Shown here: positions 13,404 through 28,016 of the stretch, one piece after another
Layout: every line of letters begins with the position of its first letter
How positions within the stretch are numbered: the stretch's first letter is position 1
NCBI RefSeq assembly: GCF_006345805.1
Contig: NC_043008.1
Location: 39,308,001 to 39,372,000 of the forward strand
Direction of reading: 5' to 3'
Length of the DNA: 64,000 bases
From: Octopus sinensis
Lineage: Eukaryota
Made by a program: the position numbers and the translations under genes
Notes under the pieces: generated by a model
Database searches by the model: none
What the model saw: only the letters and a program-made list of their open reading frames with translations
What the model was told of the DNA's origin: nothing

Positions 13404-13503
13404 NNNNNNNNNNNNNNNNNNNNNNNNNNNNNNNNNNNNNNNNNNNNNNNNNNNNNNNNNNNNNNNNNNNNNNNNNNNNNNNNNNNNNNNNNNNNNNNNN
13501 NNN
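13404..13503. other. Assembly gap (100 N)
   Basis: Run of N. Confidence 1.
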
Positions 13504-14057
13504 TATGTGTTGAATATTTTGAAAGTCCTATCGCTTGCTTCTCGAGACATAATTTATTTAATAATAAGTGACATATTTGCTGAAGCTGAAGGTAATTTTT
13601 TATTTTTCGTTAAGATAATTGTAACAGCTAGGAAAGGAGAAAAAACACGCCTGTCATTCTTAATTGTCTTCATAATTCGTGAACTGCCAGACGGAGGAAA
13701 ATAACTCCCATATTCAGAACCAGAATCGTTCTTGTGTATATCTTACATCATCTTGTCCTTCGTTGTGGTACAAGAAGACGATATACAATTACTTTCTAAA
13801 TGATCAGTGAATCTTGCTTTTGCAGCAATTTCTAGTGGAATGTTTCTAACTGAAGACATCTCAGTACATTACATTCAGTATTAAGATGTTGTGGCACTCT
13901 AAAATACAAGTGAGTCACCTTTCATTTACCACAAAAATCGGGCATTAATTTTCTCGGAGATCAATCACTGTTTCGTACAAAAGGCTTTTCTAGAAACATC
14001 ACTATCAAAGTAACAATGTATGTCATGCTATAATCCCATCAACACCGTACACACACA

Positions 14058-14090
<33 letters not shown>

Positions 14091-14990
14091 CACATACACA
14101 CACACACACACAGTTGAAAACAGATTAGAGAGCAATTAAAATTTCAAAATTTTATATATAAAAACGATTGAGGTGGAAATAGCACAGAATTAAGTCTAAC
14201 ACATTTCAGTTTAAGAGGGAATTTAATAAAAGATTATATAAATAAAAATATTAATATTAACAGGTTTCGATGTATTTCATCAAATATTAGTAAAAATGTA
14301 TGAAAGTTTGTAGAATTTTTTTTTTTGAAAGAAAAGCAGCCTATTATCTGTCTGGTGGTCAAGAGCATGTCTGGAGATTTTTCGTTGAAGTCTTCTTTAA
14401 ATATAGTTTGGTGGAGAGTTCAAAGTGTTACAGAGTGAGAGAAGGGCTGTCTATTGTCTAAAAGAAATCTTTGTGTGTTCCTGTCAAAGGAGTGGCTGAA
14501 AAGCATTTATTGAATGGATTTTATGTCCACCAGTGTGTGCGCGCGCGCGTGTGTGCATTGTGTTGAATGTTCTTTCAGTATATTTTGAAAAATGACCATC
14601 TGTGAGGTGATGGGTGTGTATGCTGCGAAGAATTTCTCTTGTTGAAAAAGGAATTAGGATTTTTCTTTGGGTTAGATCTATTCTTTTGAGTGTCTCCACC
14701 TGTGTGTATGTGTGTGGTCACCAGCTGTGTGTATGTGTGTTTTTGTGGTGTTTTCATTTTTGTACAGGTGTGTGTATGCGTGTATTTGTGTGTGCGTGTG
14801 TTTTTGTGATGTGTTTTTATGTATGTGTGTATGTTTGTATGTGTGTACGTTTGTATGTGTGTATGTTAGCGTGTGTTAGTGACGTTTTCTGTATGTGTGT
14901 GTGTTTGTGTGTGTAATTTTTGCGATTTTTCTTTTTTGTGTTGGTGTTGTTTGTGTTGGTTGTGTGTGTGTTGCTTGTATATGTGTTGGC

Positions 14991-15028
<38 letters not shown>

Positions 15029-15215
15029 GTGAAAAACAAGAGATGATGGGAAGTATTTTTTAAAAATGATGTGTAAAAAATGTTTTAAAATTGTGTTTAA
15101 GTGTCTGTCCTTATATATTGGGTTGTGGTTGGGTATATATTTAATTGTGGTTTATACTGTTGATAAATTGTCTTCCTTTATTCACATACACGCTTATAAT
15201 ATATATATAATATAT

Positions 15216-15267
<52 letters not shown>

Positions 15268-15296
15268 TATATATATTTAGAGAGAGAGAGAGAGAG

Positions 15297-15510
15297 AGTT
15301 AATCCAACACGAAAACACAAAGAGAAAACACAGCAACGCGAGGACGTGGAAAAAGTATATTGTTATTGGACACTCAGGAAAGGAAAGAAAGGAGGAGGAT
15401 TTAACGCTTCGAGCGGAGCTCTTCGTCAGAAACATAAGAAAAGGAAAGATCTAAGGAAGGGAAGATGGGGGAAAAAAATTCGCCAACGATACACACGCGG
15501 TCGCATTTTG
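15297..15510 (-). mobile_element. Repeat H1, copy 2 (hammerhead core with GAAA>GAAG)
   Basis: Minus strand 15399-15433 reads gttt-CTGACGA-a-gagc-tcc-gctc-GAAG-cgtt-aaat. Confidence 0.75.
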
Positions 15511-15535
15511 AATATATATATATATATATATATAT

Positions 15536-15915
15536 GGCACAGGAGCGGCAGTGTGGTAAGTAGCAGAGGGTTCAGTCCCACTGCGTGGCACATTGGGCAA
15601 TTGTCTTCTACTATAGCCTGAGGCCGACCAATGCCTTGTGAGTGGATTTGGTAAATGGAAACTGAAAGAAGCCCGTCGTATATTTGTATATATATATATG
15701 TATATATATATATATGTGTGTATATATTTGTGTGTCTGTGTTTGTCCCCCAAACATCGCTTGACAACCGATGCTGGTGTGTTTACGCTCCCGTAACTTAG
15801 ATATTCGATAGAATAAGTACTAGGCTTACAAAGAATAAGTCCTGGGGTCGATTTGCTCAATTAAAGGCGGTGTTCCAGCATGGCCGCAGCCAAATGACTG
15901 AAAAGAGTGAAAGAG
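15536..15915 (+). mobile_element. SINE family A, copy with deletion in the tRNA-like head
   Basis: Matches 5466-5872 but lacks the cttgctaaccaaccacatggttcc segment. Confidence 0.9.
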
Positions 15916-16149
15916 TATATATACGCATAAACACTTGCATGCACTCATACATATATCATATGTATGTGTGTGTGTATATGTGTATATATGTACGTATATG
16001 TGTGGGTATTTGAGTACAACCATTGTGTATGTGCCTGTGTACGTGTACGCGTGAGTGTATATATATAAGAACATATGTCTGCATGTAGGAGCATACGTGT
16101 ATGTATATGTATGTGTAGATACATACATATGGATACATGTATGCGTATG

Positions 16150-16466
16150 CGTGGATATATCACATGTTCGTGTCGTATCACAACACTACGACAGCACTAT
16201 TTCACGTCATCTGGCCCTGCTCTCTTCAACATCATGCCGACCCACATAAAGAAGGAAAGTTATTTCACGGCTTTCAAACGGTCCCTAGATTATTACCTCC
16301 AACAAATACCAGACATATCATCCACACCCGGATACGCCACTGAAAAAAATAGCTCTCTACTCGAATGGGCTATGGTGTCCAAGAGCTGATTGTGTGTCTG
16401 TTCCAGGCGGTGTTATTTAATTTGACATGGGCTGGGCCAACTTCGGCCAAAACTTATCAAAGTAAC
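16150..16466 (+). mobile_element. CR1/L2-type LINE 3' end fragment
   Basis: Translation LRQHYFTSSGPALFNIMPTHIKKESYFTAFKRSLDYYLQQIPDISSTPGY...NSSLLEWA resembles the CR1-group ORF2 C-terminus (GPRLFN.LP...FK..LD.FL..IPD.P..PGY..NSL). It is followed by a tatcaaagta-type tail. Confidence 0.7.
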
Positions 16467-17333
16467 TAGTATATACAAAACAAAAAAAAATTTCCCACTC
16501 TACCACCAAAACAAAAAGGTTAAAATCCTTATATACAAACCAAATTACTTACAAAATAATGAACATATCCAGAGACAAACATATAACCATAAAATCCATT
16601 ACTCAAATAATTTGGTAAACTTCAAGGCCTGAGTGACACAACTTTCTGTACTAAGAAAACCAGGACATGCCTGACTAATAACCACTTCCTTACAAAAAAA
16701 AAAAAAAAAAAAACTACAAATAACCTAAATAAGAACAGGTAAAGAAACGATTAGCCTCCACTTACCACCTACCAACAATCTTTTTGAAAAAAAAATCGAC
16801 GCATCCAAACCTTAAGGGCTTACATACTGAACTTTGTAACTTCCACATGCGAAAACAGAAGGATTAAATTCAATAATGCCAAAAGCAACAAAGTTTCTGT
16901 CATCCAATGTGCCTACCTAACACAAGAGAAACTCTTACATCAATAAGAGTTGATTTCTCATGGCGATTACCGCAGATTACGACGTTCAAAACAACATATC
17001 TAAATTGAGTTGGGTGTGCAAATTAATATTCGTTACAAAGACTGGTTCAGATGGCTTACGAACGAACGTACGTTTATTGAAGTATATAAGCGGTTGCATA
17101 CATACAGACATGCATATATCTGCGTGTATGTATGTGTGTGTATGTAATTGTATTATTTTTGGAAATATGTGTTGCGGATTTCGACGAATATTCAGCTTCG
17201 AAGGAGAATTAAACGTAGACATAAATATACAACAGGCACACCAGACATAAATAAACACGCGCAAGCATAACTGTATTTTACATGTATATTCATACATACA
17301 AACATACATATATATATACACATACAAGCATAT

Positions 17334-17366
<33 letters not shown>

Positions 17367-17411
17367 CATACAAATATGCATACACAAATACATATATACA
17401 TACATACAAAA

Positions 17412-17473
<62 letters not shown>

Positions 17474-17709
17474 TATATATACTTAAATATACGCACGCGC
17501 ACAACACAAACCCACACGCATACATACACACACATACACATATATATATGTTTATGCACTAAAAAAAACATTCTAATATATAAACGTATAAACACAAATT
17601 TTATGTACACTTATATATATATGTAGACAGAACAGACACAGCGATTTATATACATATGATATATATATGAATACATATATATATGCATATGTATATATAT
17701 ATATATGTA

Positions 17710-17759
<50 letters not shown>

Positions 17760-18950
17760 TATTATACTTACAAAAATAATATATCTTTGCACATGTATAT
17801 ATATAAATATATATATACACACACACACATATATACAGACAGACATACCCCACCCCATATATATATGTATGTATATATGCATAGCGAGTGATCTTATTAG
17901 CAGCTCAACCTTTATATTATACGTGTGTGTGCCATTATATTGATTTTCGTGGCGGAAATATCTGCCGACAAACAACACAAGTCAAAAATTAAAAACTTAT
18001 ATTACATTCTCATTTTGTTCCGTGAGACTGTTATTGTGTGTCTATTGCTTTACCCTTTTCTTTCTATATCATGGGTTACTATTTTCGTTTGAATAAATGA
18101 AAACGCGTCTGTTGTGTTTCTATAGAATCAGGAACGGCGGGGTTGGAGTGGGCCCCAAAGTTTGTCCTTTGTATCCATTACTTTCCTTACATTCTATTTT
18201 AGGGATTTTGCGATATCTTCTGAATTGACAGATCGTCAGCAAGCCATTGTGACCGGAATTCTATACACATGTCTAGTTTAATCATCTTGTGGAGAGGACA
18301 AATATAGACTAATTTATGGTATATGTTTTCATATGTATAAAATATGTATATGTGCAATGTTTTTGTGTATGTATCTATGTGTGTGTTTCTGTGTGTGTAT
18401 GCGTGTGTGTGAGTGTGTGTGTGCATTTGTATATAGTTGGGTGGATATGATAGAGAGGCAGACAGACAGACAGAAAGACTGATAGATAAATAGATTTCTT
18501 TATTGGCCACGCAGGGCTGAACACAGACGGGACAAAATACGAAGTAGAGCTTTTCTTTTTGGGAAGAGAAGAAAAATAAAATAAAATAAAATAAAATAAA
18601 GGGGAACGAATTCCGATCAAAAGGGATCGTGGAAAAAAATAAAAAAGATAGATAGATAGAAGGTACTCAAATCACTTGGTGTGGTTATGTGTATTATTAC
18701 TTAAAGTAACTTGATTCGGCTTCTTGCGACTTGAAGTTTCGCTTATATCTAACTGAGGGACCCATCTCTCGCACGCTTAGAATACCGAATGTGAGGCATA
18801 GGAATTCAAAGATGTGTCCTGGAAAGAGGGCTACTATTGCTCAAGGTGAGTTAAATGGTGCTGTCAGAGTAAGATCGGTGATATGTCTGTGCGTGTATGT
18901 TTGAGTGAGAGTGAGTATGTATGTGGATATTTATGTGTATGTATATATAT

Positions 18951-19181
18951 ATTTCTTTACTACCCACAAAAGGCTAAACATAGAGGGGACAAACAAGGAC
19001 AGACAAAGGGATTAAGTCGATTACATCGACCCCAGTGCGTAACTGGTACTTAATTTATCGACCCCGAAAGGATGAAAAGGCAAAGTCGACCTCGGCGGAA
19101 TTTGAACTCGGAACGTAACGACAGACGAAATAGTGCTACGAATTTCGCCTGGCGTGCTAACGTTTCTACCAGCTCACCGCC
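18951..19181 (-). mobile_element. SINE family B, full length
   Basis: tRNA-like head (tggtagaaacgttag...gagttcaaattcc), central ctttcatcctttcggggtcgataaattaagtaccag and tail gtagtaaagaaat. Confidence 0.9.
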
Positions 19182-20159
19182 TTTATATAAATGTGTATCT
19201 ATATATATACATGCATTATATAAGCAGCGTTACATAGTTTGCAATAAACGTTACTATCAAAATATAAGGCTATTCATCGACCTAACAATATAAGAAAGTA
19301 GTGGGACAAGATCAAATGTTAGAAATAAGATATAGATTGGAACCCTACCAGGTATCTCACGATTCTCGGAGATTTTCTGCTTCTATAAAATTTCTAGTCT
19401 TTTTCTTTGTATTTTTTTTGGAAATGTGTTTTAGTGCATCACACCTATCTGTTCACATTTGTTTTTTTCATTTGAGCAAAATCCACGCATCTCAATATGG
19501 CAGACTTCAGATTAGATGTCTTCCACCTGTAGCTATATCCAAACTTGTCTGTAATCCAGTGGCGTGAAAACCATTGTCAATGTTTTCGTCCGGGAAAAAT
19601 TTCCTTTATTGACGTATTGTTTTCCCCAGAAACGACCACAAACGTTTGACACGAAGGCTACCACTTTGCTAAGGAAATCAAATCAGGCAAACTGAAGTAT
19701 AAAGAGTTTCGAATTGTGAAATTGAAGCAGCTTAATAATATAATTTCCATCAATATGAAATACTTAGCGTTTGTGTGTCGTTCGAATGTCATAACCAGCG
19801 ATTATCGACCGGGAAAATCCCTTTATAGTGATATGGCGTAAAAAATACACAATACAGTTCAGAGTTAAGGGGAACCAAAGTGGCACCACCGTGAGTAAAT
19901 GCTATTTAATGCCATGTATTCCTGTCAGTCCAGAAACGAAATGGAGTCAGCCAGACTGAACTATGTTGAAGCTGTGTATAAATCATAGACAGGTTTGAAA
20001 AGGCACCGCATTAGGATTTGGTGGAGAATTTGTTGGTGAGAAGATGATAGGGTGCTCGTCATTTGGGATTTAGTTTCATTGCGAGGAAGCTACTGAAAGT
20101 CTCTCACTATAGCACCGAATCGACCAATACCCTGTGAATGAATTTGGTAGCAGAAAACT

Positions 20160-20186
20160 TCGTGGTAGCTCATCTGTGTGTGTATG

Positions 20187-20224
<38 letters not shown>

Positions 20225-20239
20225 GATGAGCTACCACGA
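20160..20239. other. 80-bp fold-back centred on (TA)n within an old family A SINE
   Basis: tcgtggtagctcatctgtgtgtgt...(ta)n...acacacagatgagctaccacga. Confidence 0.85.
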
Positions 20240-20423
20240 GCTATAATGAACCGAGCTATAATGTAAGACACGCGAATCTCTGATCTTCTCTTTTCCATTG
20301 ATCTTTCGCTCTTCTTCTTTCAACCTTTGACTTCTTCGTTCTGACGATGTCTAATTAAATAATGTCTTACTAGTGCAAAAGACACACTTCTGTTTGTTAT
20401 TTATCCTACATTTTCTTCCTCTC

Positions 20424-20484
<61 letters not shown>

Positions 20485-21315
20485 TATACTATATATATAT
20501 ATAATATATATATATATATAATATATATATAAAATATACAAAATGGGACAAGAACGCAAAACATCCAGACAGTTAGGTGATACAAGAAAGGGACAACAAA
20601 ACATCCAGATAGACGATACAACGAAAACAAGGATGGGTCATTCGGAGTTTTCTTCTCTCAGTCGAGTTCCAGATTATCGCTGCAATTTCGGCTGGTTATA
20701 CTCGTGATTTGCTCCAATCTGGCTAGCCTCAAGGAAAAACAAAGCTAAGAGCATTAGATTCCTTGGAAGAAAGCAGCGAATGTATACGAAAACAAGGACA
20801 GAAAGAAACGGAGAAAGTTACACAAATACAAATAACAGGACATTACAAAAGGTGTCTTTCGACTAAGGACGAATTAAATTAAGCTGGCGTGTGTGAAAGT
20901 AAAGCCTTACGGTAGGGAATACACCGATATTTAAGGGTTATCTAAGACTATTAATGACGAAAAATAGCAAATACAAATGTAAATAATCTCCATAAACCAT
21001 GAATTCACGAGTACTGTGCTCTTTATATGTGTGTGTTTGTGTTTGCATTTTTATACTACCACTATTTGACAACCGGTGTTCGTTTCTTTACGTTATTTTT
21101 GGTGAAAAGTTCAGCAAAAGAGGGTGCTACAAAAGTAATGGGAACAATATGTCCTGATAAACCCTTAAAGCGATGCCCATGCATATTGCCAGTTCAGTGA
21201 TTGAAATCTAATATTTACATGCTTTATTCATATCTTTTTATTCCGAGATATTAAAAAACAAACAAGAAACAATTATTCACGTTCTCTCGAAAGTTCATGA
21301 AATTTTTATGACGTC

Positions 21316-21387
<72 letters not shown>

Positions 21388-21504
21388 GGGTGAAATAGGG
21401 GAGACATATCTTTGTAGAAAAAGGAAATTGTAGTCTTTTAGCTGCTATTTCTAAAATTTTCGGTATGTGGTCAAGCAACTTGTTGCAAAACCCTTATTGT
21501 TATG

Positions 21505-21549
<45 letters not shown>

Positions 21550-21900
21550 GTGCATACACATACACGCGCATACATACACGCACATACATACACATGTATA
21601 TATGTCATAATGATGTGTCAGTCGCGAAGATAAATACATCGGGTTATGAATGACAGAAAATGTTAAACAGAAAATACTTTTGATTGAATAGTCTACAGAC
21701 ACGAATTAAGCCATTTGAAATAAGTGTTAACAAGTTTAGAATATGTTATAACACAAAGTGAAACGATTATATTTCAATGCATAATGTTGCAAAGCATAAT
21801 ACTAGCTTTTGACCCCGGCGCATAATCGTATGTATACATGTGAATGTGTGAGAGTGAGTGAATGAGCGTTGATGAATGTGTGTGCGTGTGTGTGTGTGTG

Positions 21901-21939
<39 letters not shown>

Positions 21940-22711
21940 TAATGAATAGTCACTCTACTTGCAAGAGATAAAATGGTGAAATGTTTAGCGTCACATCGCA
22001 GACGGCAGTTATCCGTTCATAAGCGCAGTTTGTTTACATTTTAGCGCGTTAATGCAACAAAGTAAAAAAATGGAAAAAAAAAAAAAAGAAATCAAACAAC
22101 AATGTGTGACGATACGGAAGCTGTTATTTTAAATATACGAGATGTTAACAGTAGATCAAGGGAAAGATTAATGGTGTTAGATTTATAATAAAGTAGTTGA
22201 AAACATCACATTAGTGAAAAGTCTTTGATTCAAGGACTAGAGTTACCTTTTGGCTTCATATACTACGTAATAACTGGCTATTCTGATAATGTAACGAAGG
22301 TGCTAGTTTGTCAGCCAGCCAGTGAGTGGAACTGTTGAGTCGTCAGAGTTCGTTTGTGGCTGATTCTTTTAACTAGAAAAAAAAAATTTTGTACGTAGTA
22401 ACCTCGTAAAAAGGAAATGAGGCATTTCATTTACTATTTACCAGAAACACAGATGAAATTATAATTATGTGACTTTTGCCCTGGAAATGATGGTACGATA
22501 GTGTATGACTCTCTTAAACTTAGTTTGGCGGTTAGGAGACAAGTCTACTTTGATAACGAGTGTGCTGTTATTTCATAACGACCAATGTATTTCCGATACA
22601 TTAACTCCTTATCTATAATTTGGGTACGAAAGAAATGACAGTAAAATAGCGACTGTAAATTGGTTACAATATATTTTAAAAGGATGCTCCTTATGCATAA
22701 TTATATATATA

Positions 22712-22925
22712 TAAAATGTAACCACGTGTGTACCTTTGGCGATTTTTTTCCTCCGTCTTCCCTTCTTTGGATCTTTCTTTTTCCTATGTTTCTGACGAAG
22801 AGCTCCGCTCGAAACGTTAAACCCTCCTTCTTTCCTTCTTTCCTGAGCGTCCGATAATACTATACTAGTTCCACCTCATCGCATTGTTGTGCTTTCTCTT
22901 TGTGTTTTCATGTTTGGAGATTAAC

Positions 22926-22926
<1 letters not shown>
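22712..22926 (+). mobile_element. Repeat H1, copy 3 (best preserved)
   Basis: Homologous to the three other H1 copies and flanked by (TA)n. Confidence 0.8.
22788..22822 (+). ncRNA. Minimal type-I hammerhead ribozyme motif (dimer type)
   Basis: gttt-CTGACGA-a-gagc/tcc/gctc-GAAA-C-GTT-aaac. Conserved core, 4-bp stem II, 4-bp stem I, and palindromic AACGTT in place of a stem III hairpin. Confidence 0.7.
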
Positions 22927-22973
<47 letters not shown>

Positions 22974-23059
22974 TGTGTGTATGTGTGTATGTGTGTGTAT
23001 CTGTGTTTGTGTGTGTGTTTGTGTGTGTGCGTGTGAGTGTGTGTCAGAGTTAAGGGTAG

Positions 23060-23620
23060 AATTTAAACTGCATACGGGATCTCCAGGGTTTTGAGAAGTA
23101 AGGAACCCCCACTTAGCTACTGTTGTTTCCAGGTCCACTCTGGCCTGGAGTAGTAGCATATGTTAGGGTCCCAGCTATTGGTTAACTAACATGAATGCTT
23201 TTCGGGTAGATGGAGCTCGTCAGCCTAGAAGGCAGTACGTCTAGGAGAAGAAAACTCTAATATAAATCCATTGCTGCCGTGCAGGAAAGCGAAAACAAAG
23301 TGTATCTTAATCATATCTGAGACATCACTCTAACCAGATCTAGTACGATACCAATGCCACTGGTACCACTGATGAAGGCGAGTGACCAAGTACGTGGGCC
23401 TTGTGATCGCAACACATGGTCCACCGTAAATGAAATCACGCGAAGGCCATTTGTGACTTAAACAATGAGGCTCGTCGCTTCTTTCCCTAAGTCAAATAGC
23501 GATGGTAAACCGGGTCAACAGGGGCAGGCTTGGTGAGCTGAGAAACCCTAGTCCTAAGCCACAGGCTGGCCATTGTTGTCAAGATGAACATAAATATCAT
23601 CACATAAAACATGGACAAAA
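23060..23620 (+). mobile_element. Possible RTE-type LINE 5' region
   Basis: cagcctagaaggcagtacgtctaggagaagaaaactctaatataaatcc resembles RTE 5' UTRs as I recall them. No ORF is recognisable. Confidence 0.3.
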
Positions 23621-23811
23621 TTTCTTCTTATGAAAATACATATTCAAATAAGTAAAACATAATATCATGAATAGCGATAGCGAAACCGGTCGATATATTA
23701 AAAATTATATTAAAATTATGTAAGTGTGCGTATCTTCCTTTTTTAAATTTCTTATGTACATCACAACTCACAACGTGGGGATAATGGAAATTCCTCCTTT
23801 CTGTTACTACT

Positions 23812-23864
<53 letters not shown>

Positions 23865-24226
23865 CTTACTTGGAAATGGATGCGTGGCGTTCAATCATAT
23901 AATATAAGTAATATATATATGCATACATATATATGTAAATACACATGCATAAATGGGCACAGGACACCACAGAACGTAAACAACATGTGATATGAATACA
24001 AGGTCTACGAACTGTTTTTGAACAACGAAAGAAACAAATGGAAAAACAAGACAAGCAACATAAAAAAACGACCCTTCATCATTTGTCGGGTGTTTTTCTA
24101 CTTCGTATTTCGAGCAATTCACAAGATACATTTTCGACAAAATAGTTGCTCCTCTACAAGAAATGCACACACACACACACTCTCTATCTCTCTCTCTTTC
24201 ACACATACACACATATATATATATAG

Positions 24227-24267
<41 letters not shown>

Positions 24268-24480
24268 TATATATATATATATAATATATATATAAATAAT
24301 TATTATACATACATATATACATACGTATGTACATATATTTATTTTCTCCAACTATTTGCTTTTCTTTGTCTCTTTTCCATTTTCTTCCCCCAAAAACAAA
24401 AACACATAATGTGTGCATGCGTATACAGAATCGTACACATGTACATAATACATACATAAATACATACATACATACATACA

Positions 24481-24514
<34 letters not shown>

Positions 24515-25123
24515 CATACTTAAAGAAATGCATGTATCTTTATGCAAATATATATATACACACATATATATACATGTCTCTAAGTATGTATGTATGTATG
24601 TCTGTATGTATGTATGTATGTATGTATGTGTATGTATGTATGCATGTATACATTATGTATGCATGAATGTATGTATTCATGTACGTATCTTTGTACATAT
24701 GTACGATTCTCTATATGCATGCCCATATTACTATATCATAGATATTATAAACTGTATTCAAAATATGTTGATTTATTAGACCACACAATCACACGTATAT
24801 ATGTGTGTGGATGCGTATGTGTGTGTGTATGTGTGTGTGTGTGTATGTGTGTGCTAGCGTGCGCACGTATGCGTATGTGTAGTATTCCAACAACTGCAGT
24901 ATTCATGTAAATACCTATTTATACACAAGAGTTGGTAACCAATATATTGATAACAAAGTTGTAATGAGATATGCAAATTTTGTGTTCGTTGAATCATTTT
25001 GATGTAGTAACACTTGAAATTATAATGCACATTAAATATGTCGTTTGACGTCAGGGCAAAGTTCTCATGCACACGCACACTGGTGTTCTAGTTCCCACTC
25101 TCAGTCGATAGGAATGTATGTGC

Positions 25124-25167
<44 letters not shown>

Positions 25168-25370
25168 GAAGTACAATTTTATGATTTAAAAGATGTATAA
25201 TCGTATATGTAATCGTATATATATCATATATATATATTCACATATGTGCATACATATATATACATATGTGTATTCACACACACAATAATATGTGTATACA
25301 AATATACCCATGTACGCGTACGTTTCTTTGAGCGTAATTTTACATTTATATGCGTGTAGATTTATGTAAG

Positions 25371-25407
25371 AATAATAATAACGATGATGATAATAATAAC
25401 GATGATG

Positions 25408-25493
<86 letters not shown>
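25371..25493. repeat. (AAT)n microsatellite
   Basis: Directly visible. Confidence 0.95.
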
Positions 25494-25495
<2 letters not shown>

Positions 25496-25701
25496 TCAGA
25501 AGAGGATAAAATGATCATGTATATATCACATACATATGTAGATATGTATGCCTGTATGTGTGTATGTATATATGTATGCATAATGGATATATGTATGTAT
25601 ATACGTATATATATATACATATATATATAAACATACATACATATATATATCTTCATACTTATATATATTTATATAGATAGAGAGACATAATATATATGTA
25701 T

Positions 25702-25732
<31 letters not shown>

Positions 25733-25763
25733 TATATATAATGTATGTATGTATGTATGTATG

Positions 25764-25801
<38 letters not shown>

Positions 25802-25859
25802 ATATAATATATATATATTACATACATATATATATGTATACCTGTGTTTATACAAACAT

Positions 25860-25895
<36 letters not shown>

Positions 25896-26414
25896 CATAT
25901 ATGTATGTATGTATGTATGTATGCACAAAGGAAAATAACCCTGGATGGACGAGTTCTATTCGCGTACGTATCTGCGTGGATATTTATATGTTTGCGTTTA
26001 TCAATGTATAAGGAATAAACACATTTTCCTGAACATATATAAAAATGTCGCTCAGATTTAATAACCTAACACTTAGCCACAGGCACGTTCTGATAGGCAT
26101 TCTATTCATACGTGCTTGTGCAGTTACCGAGATTCATACATTTGTCTGTGACCATGTGTGTGTTTGTGTGAGCGTCTGCGTGTGTTATAGAAGCAAGGAG
26201 AGAGAGAATGTGTGATGGAGAGGGGGGGAGAGGGGGGAGAAAGATTGAGGAAGATAAGGGAGGGAGTGAGAGAGGGAGAGAACGAAAGACAAAGATTAAA
26301 ACTAGTGAAATACAGTTGAAAAGACTGACTTACAATCACTTTGGTTTCTATGGTATACACATACATACATACATACACCACACACACATATATATATATA
26401 TATACATATAAATT

Positions 26415-26491
<77 letters not shown>

Positions 26492-27014
26492 CATATACAT
26501 TTTATATACATACATATATATATATATAATATATATATATATATAATTATATATACATACAGACACTCATTACAAATAAATATATATACATATATGTATT
26601 TCTATATATACCCCCATACAAAACATATATAGATATATACAATATATGCATGTGTGTGTGTGTGTGTGTGTGTTTGTGTGTGTCTGTGTCTGTGTGCTTT
26701 TGTATTGGTTTTGTTTTTATATACATATATATTTTCTTGTATTTGCTTGTTTCTTTGTATTTAGCAACTCTTCGTTTGGCAGAGTATGCACGAATCAATG
26801 TGGAGCTATTACGTTGATCATTGGCACACGACACAATAGAAGAGGACGCTGAAAATTACTTGCTTTGATGATTAATCCCAGCTAACATCAAATATGTCGG
26901 CCATTCTATCTGCAATTGTTATTCAACATAGATATTGAGTTTACTGCCATTTATATGTCTGCAACCACAGATCTGAACACACATAAGACCATACATACAT
27001 AAACACACATACAC

Positions 27015-27066
<52 letters not shown>

Positions 27067-27299
27067 GTGTGTGTGTGGAAGAATGCTTTTGAATGTATAG
27101 GTAAATGCTTTAGTAATTATGTGCGTGTCGGTCAGAGGTTTTTTTTACGAACGTTTTGGGTATTTCTGCATGTGTACAGTTAATATAAGTTACCTTTAAT
27201 TAATACACACACATAGAAAAACACACACTCTCTCTCACATACATACACACACACATACACACAATGTCTGTATTTTACATACATATGTATGCAGCATGT

Positions 27300-27364
<65 letters not shown>

Positions 27365-27374
27365 ATATTATTTA

Positions 27375-27411
<37 letters not shown>

Positions 27412-27505
27412 ATTTATATTTATATATTATTTGTATAAATATACTTGTGAGTGTGTAGATGTACTAATATATAAATATATTTTGTTTAAAAGAGTGAAGT
27501 GTATT

Positions 27506-27556
<51 letters not shown>

Positions 27557-28016
27557 GAGAGACAGAGAGAGAGAGCGTACGACTAGAGAATAGTATTTGT
27601 AAAGAATGAGTAACAATTATTTAATTTCTATGCTATTTATACAAACATACGCAAACACATACACACATATACATATACACATACAGAGAGATTGAGATAA
27701 AGATAGAGAGAGTGATAGAGAGATAAAATGAAAGAGAGTGAGGGTGAGGGAGAGAGATAGGTAGAAAGAAGATAGATTAATGGATAGATAAATAAACAAA
27801 CAAACAGACACACATACACACACAAAACAATAGGACTGCGATTGTTCGTTTATATGCCAATACACAAGGCAATTCAAAAGGACATAGCAAAAATAATCAA
27901 CCGTTGCAGTTCTCGACTATTATAGTCTCTAGATATATTGCTTTTCTTTGCTTGTCTTCAGCTTAATGTTTTCAAACATTCAGAAGGTTATTCACGTCTA
28001 TGAATTTGATGTACAG

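Noticed and set aside
20530-20960. Repeat-like block checked for a hammerhead core
   Set aside because: No canonical CUGANGA...GAAA..UH arrangement found, and no second copy in the window to define the element.
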